Source of the DNA: an uncultured archaeon | Lineage (GTDB): Archaea; Iainarchaeota; Iainarchaeia; Iainarchaeales; Iainarchaeaceae | Reading direction: 5' to 3' | Assembly (NCBI GenBank): GCA_964577555.1 | Contig: CAZNZM010000003.1 | Span: 42,037 to 74,036 of the forward strand | DNA: 32,000 bases | The notes under the pieces: generated by a model | What the model saw: only the letters and a program-made list of their open reading frames with translations | What the model was told of the DNA's origin: nothing | The model's database searches: none | Program-made: the position numbers and the translations under genes | In this document: positions 7,709 through 15,739 of the stretch, one piece after another | How the letters are laid out: each line of letters opens with the position of its first letter | How positions within the stretch are numbered: position 1 is the first letter of the stretch

Positions 7709-9145
7709 TCAGTTTTCTATGTAGTGTGTTCCAATGCTTTCTTTTCTTTTTATTGCTGCTTCTATGGTGAGTTTGCAAACTTTTAGGGCTTTTTGTATTG
7801 CAATGCACTTGTTGGTTTCGTTTTTTTCCATTTTTTCTTCAAGCGCAGTTATTCTTGCAAGTCCTTCGTTAAGGTTTTGTTGTGTTCTTATTACGCCGCA
7901 GCATTTCCACATTATTTTTTTCATTGCTGAAAAGGCAATTTCTTGGTTTATGCCTTCTTTTGCTTTTTCTTGTTTTTTTGTTTTTGCAGTATTGTTTTTT
8001 CTTTTTTGTTTTGTTGCGTTTTGTGCTGCGATTTTACCCATTACTATGCCTTCTAAAAGTGAATTCGATGCAAGCCTGTTTGCTCCGTGGAATCCTGAAC
8101 ATGTGCATTCTCCTGCCCCGTAAATTCCTTTTATGTTTGTCATTCCGTTTTCATTGATTTTTATGCCGCCTATAGTGTAGTGTGCTGCTGTTTCTATTGG
8201 TATTAATTCTTTTTCAGGGTTTATTTTGTTTTTTATCAGTTCTTTGTATACTCTTGGAAATTTTTTTTGGAAGTCTGTTTGCATGTTTCTTGCGTCCAAA
8301 TATACTTTTTCTCCTTTGATCATTTCATAGTATATTGCTCTTGATACTTTGTCTCTTGTAAAGAGTGGATTGACTATTTGTTCTCCTTTGCCATTTACTA
8401 TTTTTCCGCCTTCTCCTCTTACTGCTTCGGTTATTAAAAAATTTGAGCCAAGTGCTTGTATGGTTGTTGGGTGGAATTGTATGAATTCCATTCCTGAAAT
8501 GTCGCATCCTGCGGAATATGCTATTCCAATGCCTGTGCCTATTGTTGTTTTTGGATTGGTTGTTTTTTCAAAACAGGCGGCGTAGCCTCCTGTTGCTATT
8601 ATTAGTGCATTTGAAGTGAATTCTTCTTCAATTGTTTTTATTCCGACGTAATTGTCTTTGTTTGTTTGTATTTCGTTTACAAATAATTGGTCAAGCATGT
8701 GAACGTTTGGTTGTTCTTTTGCTATTTTTCTGAGGAATTTCGTGATTTCTTTTCCTGTTTGGTCGCCGTTTTTGTGAAGAATTCTTCTTTTTGAGTGTCC
8801 TCCTTCAAGTCCAAGTTCTGGTTTTTTGTTTCCGCCGTCAAATTCAAAGCCGTAATTCATTATTTCTTTTATGCAATCAGGGCCTGATTTTGTTATTAAA
8901 TTGACTATTTTTTCGTCGCATAGCCCTGCTCCTGCTTCAATCGTGTCTTTTGCGTGTTCTTTCCATGAATCGTTTTTTCCTATTGTGCATGCTATGCCGC
9001 CTTGGGCGTGGTAGGAGTTTGAATATTTTTCATCGCCTTGGTCTATGAGTGCGATTGATTTTTTTTTGTTTTTTGACGCTTCTATTGTTGCAGACAAACC
9101 TGCTATTCCTGAGCCAATTATTATAATGTCAAATTTTTCTGTCAT
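7709..9145 (-). CDS. nadB: L-aspartate oxidase
   Basis: 478 aa. N-terminal FAD fold DIIIIGSGIAGLSA. Further blocks HAQGGIA, GGHSKRRILH, MEFIQFHPT, GIYGAGECTCSGFHGANRLASNSLLEG. Confidence 0.9.
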   Translation of the reverse strand: MTEKFDIIIIGSGIAGLSATIEASKNKKKSIALIDQGDEKYSNSYHAQGGIACTIGKNDSWKEHAKDTIEAGAGLCDEKIVNLITKSGPDCIKEIMNYGFEFDGGNKKPELGLEGGHSKRRILHKNGDQTGKEITKFLRKIAKEQPNVHMLDQLFVNEIQTNKDNYVGIKTIEEEFTSNALIIATGGYAACFEKTTNPKTTIGTGIGIAYSAGCDISGMEFIQFHPTTIQALGSNFLITEAVRGEGGKIVNGKGEQIVNPLFTRDKVSRAIYYEMIKGEKVYLDARNMQTDFQKKFPRVYKELIKNKINPEKELIPIETAAHYTIGGIKINENGMTNIKGIYGAGECTCSGFHGANRLASNSLLEGIVMGKIAAQNATKQKRKNNTAKTKKQEKAKEGINQEIAFSAMKKIMWKCCGVIRTQQNLNEGLARITALEEKMEKNETNKCIAIQKALKVCKLTIEAAIKRKESIGTHYIEN

Positions 9146-9279
9146 TGTTAAACTAATTTTTGTAATGTTTAAAATTTATATGCTTAAAAATTTTATTGAT
9201 TTTATGAAATTATTGTGGATTATTTTGCTTTGCTATATGTTTAAATAGTTAGAGTAAGAGATTTTTAAAGGATGAAATT

Positions 9280-9750
9280 ATGGTTAGAAAAACTGTAAGA
9301 AAGGGTGGTGTGAAAAGATTAAATCATAACCCTTTAACTCCTAAACCTAAAAATTCTGGTGTAACAAGGGCTTTAGAAAGGGCACTTGGATATGAACGTG
9401 CTGTTGCTGGTTTTATTTTGGGAAAACCTTATCCTTTTAAAGCTTTAGAAAAAATGTTTTCTAAAAACTTGCCTCCTGAATATAAAAAAATTATTTCAAG
9501 ATATTCTTTAGAACCTTTTTTGAGTCATTCAAGAGAAACTTTAATAGGAATAGATAAGAGATTAGCTGAGTTAATTTCGGAACGGAATGATTTGATAAAA
9601 AGACGTGCGCCTAAAGAACAAATAGAAAGAGTCAAATATCTGATAAATTTGAATAGGCAAATGAGGTCTGGAGTTATTCAGCAAGTTGCTATGGAACTTC
9701 ATACTATTTTTACGCAAATTAAAAAAGAATTTCACCCTATTTTAAAATAA
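9280..9750 (+). CDS. hypothetical basic protein
   Basis: 156 aa with an ATG start. TATA-like TTAAATA at 9241-9247. Non-repetitive sequence with a predicted helical C-terminal half. I recognise no family. Confidence 0.55.
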   Translation: MVRKTVRKGGVKRLNHNPLTPKPKNSGVTRALERALGYERAVAGFILGKPYPFKALEKMFSKNLPPEYKKIISRYSLEPFLSHSRETLIGIDKRLAELISERNDLIKRRAPKEQIERVKYLINLNRQMRSGVIQQVAMELHTIFTQIKKEFHPILK

Positions 9751-9762
9751 TTAAGACAACTT

Positions 9763-10160
9763 TGTTTTTTTTGAGCTGTTTTTTTGTTATTTTTTTGAAT
9801 TCTTTTTTTTGTGGGACGTTTTGTTGCGCCAATTTTTTATTATTTTTATTTTATTTTTTTAAAGTAATTTTTTTTTGTCATGTTTTTTTTTGAATTATTT
9901 TTCTGATTTTTGGTTTTTTGTTTGAAATTTTGTTTTTTTGGCGAGCCAAATTTTTTGATTTTTTTTGTTTTTTTTGTTTGATGTTTTTTTTGTTTTTCGA
10001 GCCGATTTTTTGTCTTGTTAGTCAAGTTTTGTTTTTTTTTGGTTTCTCGTTGTTTTTTTATTAGTCTATTTTTTTGGCTAACTAATTTTTTTGCCAAGTT
10101 TTTTTTGCAAGCCAGTTTTTTTAGACTATTTTTATTTTTTTTTATTTTTGATTTTGTTTT
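9763..10160 (+). repeat. T/G-rich modular low-complexity array, locus C
   Basis: About 400 bp between convergent gene ends (9750 and 10169). Cores are gagctg 9771-9776, ggcgagccaaa 9940-9950, tcgagccga 9997-10005 followed by ttttttgtc, and gcaagccag 10107-10115. Confidence 0.8.
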
Positions 10161-10168
10161 TTGTTTAA

Positions 10169-11440
10169 TTATTTGAATAGTTTGTCGCCTAAAAAGTTAG
10201 CGTTGTTTCCTAGTTCTTCTTCAATTGCGATTAGGCGATTGTATTTTGCTATTCGTTCGCTTCTTGCTGGGGCTCCGAATTTGCTTTGCCCTGAGCCCAA
10301 GCCAACTGCAAAGTCTGAAATGAAAGTGTCTTCGCTTTCTCCAGATCTGTGCGAAACCACAACGTTCCAATTGTTTTTTTCTGAAATTTCCCATGCTTTT
10401 ATTGATTCTGAAACTGTTCCTATTTGATTTAGTTTTAGCAACAAGGCGTTGCATGATTTTTCAGAAACTGCTTTGCTTATTCGTTCAACATTGGTTACTA
10501 ACAAGTCGTCTCCCACTATTTGTATTTTTTTTCCTAATCTTGAATTTAATTCTTTCCAGCCTTGCCAATCGTCTTCAGCCATTCCGTCTTCGATTGAAAC
10601 TATTTTGAATTTTTTTGTTAATTCGGAGTAGAAGTCGATTAACTCGCTTGCTGAGAATGATTTTTTTCCTATCTTGTAATTTCCATTGTCAAAGAATTCA
10701 GAGCTTGCGCAATCAATTCCTAAAAATATTTTTCCATTATATCCTGTTTCTTCTATTGCTGTAAGCATTAATTCAAGTCTTTTTTCTAATGAATCTATTT
10801 TTGGAGCAAAGCCCCCTTCGTCTCCGAGTAATATTGCTTGTGCGCCAAATTTTTTCTTTAAAATGTCTTTCAATGTGTGGTATGATTCAACTCCCGCTCT
10901 TAATGATTCGGAAAAAGATTTGAATTTGGCTGGAAAAAACATGTGTTCTTGTATGTCATTTTCAATGCCTGCGTGTTTTCCCCCGTTAATGACATTGAGT
11001 TGTGGCATTGGAAGGCACATTTTTTTTCTGCCTGATATTTGGTTGATGTAGGAATATAATTCAAGATTGTTTTCGGCTGCGTTTGCTCTTGCAAAAGCCA
11101 TTGAAACTGAAAGCAACGAGTTTGCCCCTAACCTTGACTTGTTTTTTGTGCCGTCAAGAGATATTAGTATGTTGTCAAATTCTTCTTGTGTGTCAAATTT
11201 TTTTTCTTCTATAAATTTTGAAATAATTGTATTTACGTTTTGCACTGCTTTTAGGACTCCTTTTCCGAAGTATTCTTTTCCACCATCGCGCAGTTCTATT
11301 GCTTCGTGCAATCCTGTAGAAGCGCCGCTTGGAACTATTGAAGAGAATGAGCCTAGGCGTGTTTTGATTTCAGCTTGTATTGTCGGGTTTCCTCTACTGT
11401 CCAATACTTGTCTGGCTTTTACTTTTAGAATTTTTATCAT
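10169..11440 (-). CDS. eno: enolase (phosphopyruvate hydratase)
   Basis: 423 aa. N-terminus ILKVKARQVLDSRGNPTIQAEI. Further blocks SHRSGESEDTFISDFAVG and LNQIGTVSES. Confidence 0.95.
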   Translation of the reverse strand: MIKILKVKARQVLDSRGNPTIQAEIKTRLGSFSSIVPSGASTGLHEAIELRDGGKEYFGKGVLKAVQNVNTIISKFIEEKKFDTQEEFDNILISLDGTKNKSRLGANSLLSVSMAFARANAAENNLELYSYINQISGRKKMCLPMPQLNVINGGKHAGIENDIQEHMFFPAKFKSFSESLRAGVESYHTLKDILKKKFGAQAILLGDEGGFAPKIDSLEKRLELMLTAIEETGYNGKIFLGIDCASSEFFDNGNYKIGKKSFSASELIDFYSELTKKFKIVSIEDGMAEDDWQGWKELNSRLGKKIQIVGDDLLVTNVERISKAVSEKSCNALLLKLNQIGTVSESIKAWEISEKNNWNVVVSHRSGESEDTFISDFAVGLGSGQSKFGAPARSERIAKYNRLIAIEEELGNNANFLGDKLFK

Positions 11441-11634
11441 TTTTAAACCAGATTAAATTGTGCAATTCACCTATTTATTGTTTTGTATTTTGTTGGCTAT
11501 GCGGATTAGATTGTTTGGTTTATTGGCTTTTTTTTAGTATTGTAAATTATTGTAAAACATGGTTTTTATTTTAAAATCAATGTCTATTTTTTTTATGCAG
11601 AACATTTATTAATGAAAGAGAATTTTATTTTATT

Positions 11635-12465
11635 ATGCGCTGGTTTTTTTTGTGGTTGTTTTCGGTTTTATTTTTTTTGGAGTGTGTTTCTGCTCTCATG
11701 ATAGATACTCCTTCTTCCGTGCCTGAAAATGTTTCTTTTGGTTTTAAGGTTGTGCTTGATTCTACTGAAAAATGGACTAAGACAACTATTAAGGTTGACG
11801 AGCAAAATCTTTTGGATGTGTATTCTAATGGAACCGTGGTTCCTGATCCTCAAAATGGGCAATTTGCTTCAAGGGCTTTTGTTATTGATACTGATCCGAG
11901 TTCAACTGCCGGGCTTTTGTTGTTTGTATCTTATTTGGGTTTTTCTAAGGGAAAGCATGTTGTTTCGGCTTCTTCTGAAAGCGGTTTTGATTCAAAAGAA
12001 ATAGTGAGTTTTGTGCCTATTGATGAAGGTTATAAGGAGAGTGTGGAAGGAACTATTTCAGAGTTGGATAATAAGGTTTCGGAACAGGTTGAGCGGTTGG
12101 ATGATTTGGAAGAGAAATTGGGCGGTATTCAAAAAAGTTTGAATCAGACCGGGCAAAAGGTTGAAAGTTTGAATGACAAGGTGGAAAATAATATTGAAAA
12201 TAGGGTTGGCAATCTTGAAGGAAAAGTGGATTCGTTGAATGCCAAGCCGGTTGTTTCAAATTCTGTTTCTGGTTTGATAAATCTGGTTGATTCTCTTTTT
12301 GTTCCTCTTGGCATTGTGGCTTTGATAATAATTTTGGCTGGTCTTATAATGCTTTTCAAGAGCAGGTTTGGCGGGGATGGAAGTTCGGTTTATTATAAAG
12401 ATGAATTCGGTTTGCCTGCTTCAAAGAAGCATGAGGAAATGGCTTCTGATTTGACTGAAAAGTGA
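11635..12465 (+). CDS. secreted, C-terminally membrane-anchored surface protein with coiled-coil stalk
   Basis: Signal-like N-terminus MRWFFLWLFSVLFFLECVSA. Beta-rich domain. Repetitive xxKVxxLxxK coiled-coil region (LDNKVSEQVERLDDLEEKLGG...VGNLEGKVDSLNAK). C-terminal TM segment LFVPLGIVALIIILAGLIMLF. Confidence 0.7.
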   Translation: MRWFFLWLFSVLFFLECVSALMIDTPSSVPENVSFGFKVVLDSTEKWTKTTIKVDEQNLLDVYSNGTVVPDPQNGQFASRAFVIDTDPSSTAGLLLFVSYLGFSKGKHVVSASSESGFDSKEIVSFVPIDEGYKESVEGTISELDNKVSEQVERLDDLEEKLGGIQKSLNQTGQKVESLNDKVENNIENRVGNLEGKVDSLNAKPVVSNSVSGLINLVDSLFVPLGIVALIIILAGLIMLFKSRFGGDGSSVYYKDEFGLPASKKHEEMASDLTEK

Positions 12466-12488
12466 ATGGTTTGTTTTTGCAAAGTAAT

Positions 12489-12597
12489 GTTTTTTTTTCA
12501 TGCCTAGCCATTTTTTTCTGTTTTTTTATAGAGTGTTTTTTTTAGAATTTTTTTTGAGTAGTTTTTTTCAAGTTTGTTTTTTTTTAATTATTTTTTT
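12489..12597 (+). repeat. T/G-rich modular low-complexity array, locus D (short)
   Basis: Between convergent gene ends (12465 and 12596). cctagcca at 12503-12510 is followed by tttttttc. The module ttcaagtttg(c)ttttttt is also present at 79-100. Confidence 0.7.
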
Positions 12598-14305
12598 ATT
12601 TTTGTGTTTTTTTCTTAAGAGCGGCTTTTACAAAGCCTAAGTATATTGGGTTGGGTTTTAATGGTCTGGAAGTGAATTCTGCATGGTATTGTGTACCAAC
12701 ATAGAATGGGTGTTCTGGGAGTTCAAGTATTTGCATTATTTTTTTTTGTGGAGCCATTCCTGAAAAAACCAAGCCGTGTTTTTCCAAAATGTCAATAAAT
12801 TTTGTATTTACGTTGAATCTGTGCCTGAATCTTTCCCTTACTATTTCTTTTTTTCCATAAAGTTCGTATGCCAGAGTTCCATTTTTTATTTTGACATCAA
12901 AGCCGCCTAATCTGAGTGTTCCGCCTAAGCCTTCTATTTCTTCCTGTTCTGGCAAAATGCATATTACGTTGTTTTCGGGGTCTTTTTTGACTTCTTCGGT
13001 TATAGCATTTTTTATTCCGCATACGTTTCTTGCGAATTCTATTACTGCCATTTGGAATCCATAGCATATGCCTAAAAATGGTATTTTGTTTTCTCTTAGG
13101 TGTTTTGCAATCATTATTTTTCCTTCAACACCGCGTGTTCCAAAGCCTCCGGGGATGATTACTCCATCTACTCCTTTTAATTCTTCTTCCACTTTTGTTT
13201 TTCCTCTTTCTATTGCCGTTGTTTCAATCCATTTTATGTTGATTTTGGTTTTTAATTGCACTCCGCAGTGTTCCAATGCTTTGGTGATGCTTATATAAGT
13301 GTCGCTTGTGCCTGTATATTTTCCTGCAATGCCTATGGTTATTTCCTTGTCTGGTTTTAAAGTGTTTTTTTTCGTCCATTCTTTTAGGGATTTGCTTCCA
13401 TTAACTTTGAATTTTGTCTCAAGTTTTAGTACTTTCAAAATTGCTTCATCTATTCCTTGTTCCCTGTAAAATAGTGGCAATTCGTATATGTTGCCTACAT
13501 CGTATGTGTTGAATACTCTTTCTATGGGAACGTTTGCATTCATTGATATTTTTTCTTTTACATTTTCTGTTATTCGTTTTTCGCTTCTGCATACTATTAT
13601 ATCTGGTTGTAATCCGAGGCTCATTAATTGTCTTAGCCCTAATTGAGCTGCTTTGCTTTTGAATTCTCCAAGATGGTGTGGTTCAAGTATGTATGTTATG
13701 TTTACTAAGCATGCGTTTTCTTTGCCTTCTTCGTAAATAAGTTCTCTTACGCTTTCCATTGCAAAAAGGTTTTCGTAGTCTCCTACTGTTCCGCCTATTT
13801 CTACTAAAACTATGTCTGCTTTTGTTTTTATTGCCAGGTTTCTTAGCACAAGTTTTGTTTCTCCGGTAACGTGAGGTATGTATTGGACGTCTCTTCCGTG
13901 GTATTCGCCTTTTCTTTCTTTGTCAATTATTCTTTTGTAAATTTGTCCGTGTGTTGTAAAATTGTCTTTTGAAAGGTTTTGGTCCAAGAATCTTTCGTAA
14001 CTTCCTAAGTCCATGTCTGTTTCTGTGCCGTCGTCAAGGACAAAAACTTCGCCATGTCTGTATGGGCTTAATGTTCCTGAGTCTATGTTAAGATAAGCTT
14101 CGATTTTCAATGGTGATACTTTAAGTCCTCTGTCTTGAAGTGCTTTTCCGAGTGCTGAAGAAAAAATTCCTTTTCCAATTCCACTTATTACTGAGCCAGT
14201 GATTATGACATATTTTGTTTTGCCTTTTACATAACCTTCGGGCATTGAAGAATAATTTTCTTCGCTTGATTTATCTGCTATTTTTCCAAGAAAATTTTCA
14301 TCCAT
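12596..14305 (-). CDS. pyrG: CTP synthase
   Basis: 569 aa. Synthetase domain KYVIITGSVISGIGKGI. Glutamine amidotransferase domain with GICYGFQ and the later H/E region. It has an N-terminal extension of about 20 aa relative to the usual start. ATG 14305 has a G-run 5 nt upstream. An alternative ATG lies at 14245. Confidence 0.9.
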   Translation of the reverse strand: MDENFLGKIADKSSEENYSSMPEGYVKGKTKYVIITGSVISGIGKGIFSSALGKALQDRGLKVSPLKIEAYLNIDSGTLSPYRHGEVFVLDDGTETDMDLGSYERFLDQNLSKDNFTTHGQIYKRIIDKERKGEYHGRDVQYIPHVTGETKLVLRNLAIKTKADIVLVEIGGTVGDYENLFAMESVRELIYEEGKENACLVNITYILEPHHLGEFKSKAAQLGLRQLMSLGLQPDIIVCRSEKRITENVKEKISMNANVPIERVFNTYDVGNIYELPLFYREQGIDEAILKVLKLETKFKVNGSKSLKEWTKKNTLKPDKEITIGIAGKYTGTSDTYISITKALEHCGVQLKTKINIKWIETTAIERGKTKVEEELKGVDGVIIPGGFGTRGVEGKIMIAKHLRENKIPFLGICYGFQMAVIEFARNVCGIKNAITEEVKKDPENNVICILPEQEEIEGLGGTLRLGGFDVKIKNGTLAYELYGKKEIVRERFRHRFNVNTKFIDILEKHGLVFSGMAPQKKIMQILELPEHPFYVGTQYHAEFTSRPLKPNPIYLGFVKAALKKKTQK

Positions 14306-14463
14306 TAGAGCCCCCCAACAAATTTCAAAAAAACAGACTAATGTAATGTTGATTGGGGTATATAATGATATTTGTCACAATTTGTTATTGGATTGCAAGT
14401 CGTTGGTGTAAATAGAAATATTTTTTTTGACAATTGTCTTTGTTTTGCTTTTCTTTAAAAACT

Positions 14464-14477
14464 CTTATTAAAATATT
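14464..14477 (+). promoter_or_regulatory. TATA-box candidate for the tRNA gene
   Basis: cttattaaaatatt is centred about 27 nt upstream of the tRNA 5' end at 14497. Confidence 0.45.
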
Positions 14478-14496
14478 ACAAGAAAATATGTGTGAG

Positions 14497-14606
14497 GGGG
14501 CTGTAGTCTAGCCTGGTTAGGATTCAGCGTTCGGGTGGCGCTTAAAGTAATTTGTTTGTTTTGCCAGAATTACGCTGCGGCGAGAGTTCAAATCTCTCCA
14601 GCCCCA
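14497..14606 (+). tRNA. tRNA-Pro(CGG) with a 36-nt intron at the canonical 37/38 position
   Basis: Acceptor GGGGCTG (14497-14503) pairs with CAGCCCC (14599-14605), discriminator A. D-arm contains AGCCTGGTTA. T-arm is GAGAG-TTCAAAT-CTCTC (14582-14598). Anticodon stem CAGCG (14525-14529) pairs with CGCTG (14573-14577). After intron removal the loop is TTCGGGA, giving anticodon CGG and G37. CCA is not encoded. Confidence 0.8.
14536..14571 (+). other. tRNA intron with bulge-helix-bulge-like fold
   Basis: TTC (14530-14532) pairs with GAA (14667-14669 minus 100, that is 14567-14569). TGGC (14536-14539) pairs with GCCA (14563-14566). Unpaired GGG (14533-14535) and TTA (14570-14572) form the two bulges. 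The central helix has only 3 Watson-Crick pairs plus a G.A. The exact splice sites are inferred from the need for a 7-nt anticodon loop. Confidence 0.6.
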
Positions 14607-14618
14607 TTTGTTTTTTTT
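14607..14618 (+). terminator. oligo-T terminator after the tRNA
   Basis: tttgtttttttt follows the discriminator base immediately. Archaeal RNAP terminates at oligo-T tracts. Confidence 0.55.
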
Positions 14619-14635
14619 GGTTGCCCAAAAGTGCT

Positions 14636-14728
14636 TTAATCGCACTTGTGGGCTTCTTCTTCGTCAGCAAAATTGCTGGATTTTTGGAATACTTCGTGGC
14701 ATTCCTTGCAATATTTGAATTCTATCAT
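14636..14728 (-). CDS. 30-aa small C2HC zinc-ribbon-like protein (below the ORF-track cutoff)
   Basis: My translation is MIEFKYCKECHEVFQKSSNFADEEEAHKCD. The ATG at 14728 is preceded by GAGGTGA with a 6-nt spacer (reverse complement of tcacctc at 14735-14741). The pattern is CxxC...HxC. Confidence 0.35.
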   Translation of the reverse strand: MIEFKYCKECHEVFQKSSNFADEEEAHKCD

Positions 14729-14861
14729 TTTATTTCACCTCTTTTATTTTTGAAACCACTTTTGTGGGAGAATACGAATTTTTGTTTTTACTTTTTTTCT
14801 TTTTCTCAATGGAATAATATGCAATTAGTTATTTATAAATCTATTCTTTTAAGTATAAATC

Positions 14862-15440
14862 ATGGTTATTGAAGATAATCCTTATGTCACTGTTTTTTTT
14901 TGTTCATTTCTTTTGATTTTTATTGAAGTTGTTTTATATTCTTTGAAACTCAAAAAATTGTTTTATAAATTCATTAATCAAAATGTTTCGGCTATGTTTT
15001 TTAATTGGCATTTTCCTTCTGATAAGCCTTTCAGTCTTTTTGTAATTCCGTTGTTAGTGATTTTGGTGTTTAACTTTTTTTTGGTTAAAAACCAGTATTT
15101 GGTTGAAACTTCCGTTGCAGTATTTGCAATTGCCGTAAAAGTTTTGGTTGAAGAAATTGTTTTCAGGGGCTTTGTTTTCGGCGCTTTATTAAAATTTTTT
15201 AATGTAAGTGAAAATATTGTTTCCATTAAATTAATATTGCCTGTTTTTCTTCAGGCTATTTTTTTTGTTTTAATGCATTTTGGGACAATAAATTTTTTTG
15301 GTGTTTTTTTGAGCGGTTTGGTTTTTGGAATTGTTTTTTTCTTTTCTGGAAAAAATATCTTGCCGTCAGCTATGTTGCATTTGGCGTTGAATTTGTCAAT
15401 ATTCATGGCTGGCTTGACAGAAAATTTGTTAGGAATGTAA
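14862..15440 (+). CDS. CPBP family intramembrane glutamic endopeptidase (CAAX protease/Abi family)
   Basis: 192 aa, polytopic. Motif 1 EEIVFRGFVFGAL (EExxxR). Motif 2 FFVLMHF (FxxxH). Motif 3 AMLHLALN (HxxxN/D). TATA-like tatttataaat lies about 27 nt upstream of the ATG. Confidence 0.8.
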   Translation: MVIEDNPYVTVFFCSFLLIFIEVVLYSLKLKKLFYKFINQNVSAMFFNWHFPSDKPFSLFVIPLLVILVFNFFLVKNQYLVETSVAVFAIAVKVLVEEIVFRGFVFGALLKFFNVSENIVSIKLILPVFLQAIFFVLMHFGTINFFGVFLSGLVFGIVFFFSGKNILPSAMLHLALNLSIFMAGLTENLLGM

Positions 15441-15458
15441 TATTATTATCTGAAAAAA

Positions 15459-15481
15459 TGCCGCATTGGCAAGTTTTTTTT
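15459..15481 (+). terminator. short hairpin plus T8 tract after the CPBP gene
   Basis: tgcc-gcatt-ggca (15459-15471) is followed by ag and tttttttt (15474-15481), with an A-run upstream. Confidence 0.4.
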
Positions 15482-15607
15482 ATTTTTGTTGTTTTTGCAT
15501 AATATTAAATATCTTCCATAGCATATCTAATTTGCCGGTAAAGGCTTATTTGAATTATTGCCTGCCAATTTTTTTGGCGAAATTAAGGGCGGTTGGAGGG
15601 GTAAGAT

Positions 15608-15727
15608 ATGGTGGCAAAAAAGTCAAGTAAATCGCAAAAGAAAGTTGCAAGTGAAGATTCTTGCGGCTGTGGTTGCGGGGAAAGTTCTCATAAAGAGTCT
15701 TCGGATAAAGGTTGTGGCTGTTGTTGA
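15608..15727 (+). CDS. 39-aa Cys-rich peptide (metallothionein-like CGCGCG...CGCC), not in the ORF track
   Basis: My translation is MVAKKSSKSQKKVASEDSCGCGCGESSHKESSDKGCGCC. The ATG at 15608 is preceded by GGAGGGG (15595-15601) with a 6-nt spacer. It is in a different frame from the TTG-start track ORF 15558..15743. Confidence 0.5.
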   Translation: MVAKKSSKSQKKVASEDSCGCGCGESSHKESSDKGCGCC

Positions 15728-15739
15728 AGGTGCTTTTTT

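Noticed and set aside
9763-10160. Replication origin interpretation of the AT-rich arrays
   Set aside because: No orc1/cdc6 gene is adjacent and I see no ORB-like inverted repeats. There are five such regions within 16 kb, and their extreme T versus A strand bias is unlike a symmetric unwinding element.
14429-14438. 10-bp palindrome GACAATTGTC upstream of the tRNA promoter
   Set aside because: It is a single short AT-rich palindrome with no second copy found in the window. I consider it insufficient to call a regulatory site.
14552-14872. 106-aa + strand ORF
   Set aside because: It starts inside the tRNA intron, runs through the tRNA 3' half and its T-tract terminator, and has Phe/Leu-rich low-complexity composition.
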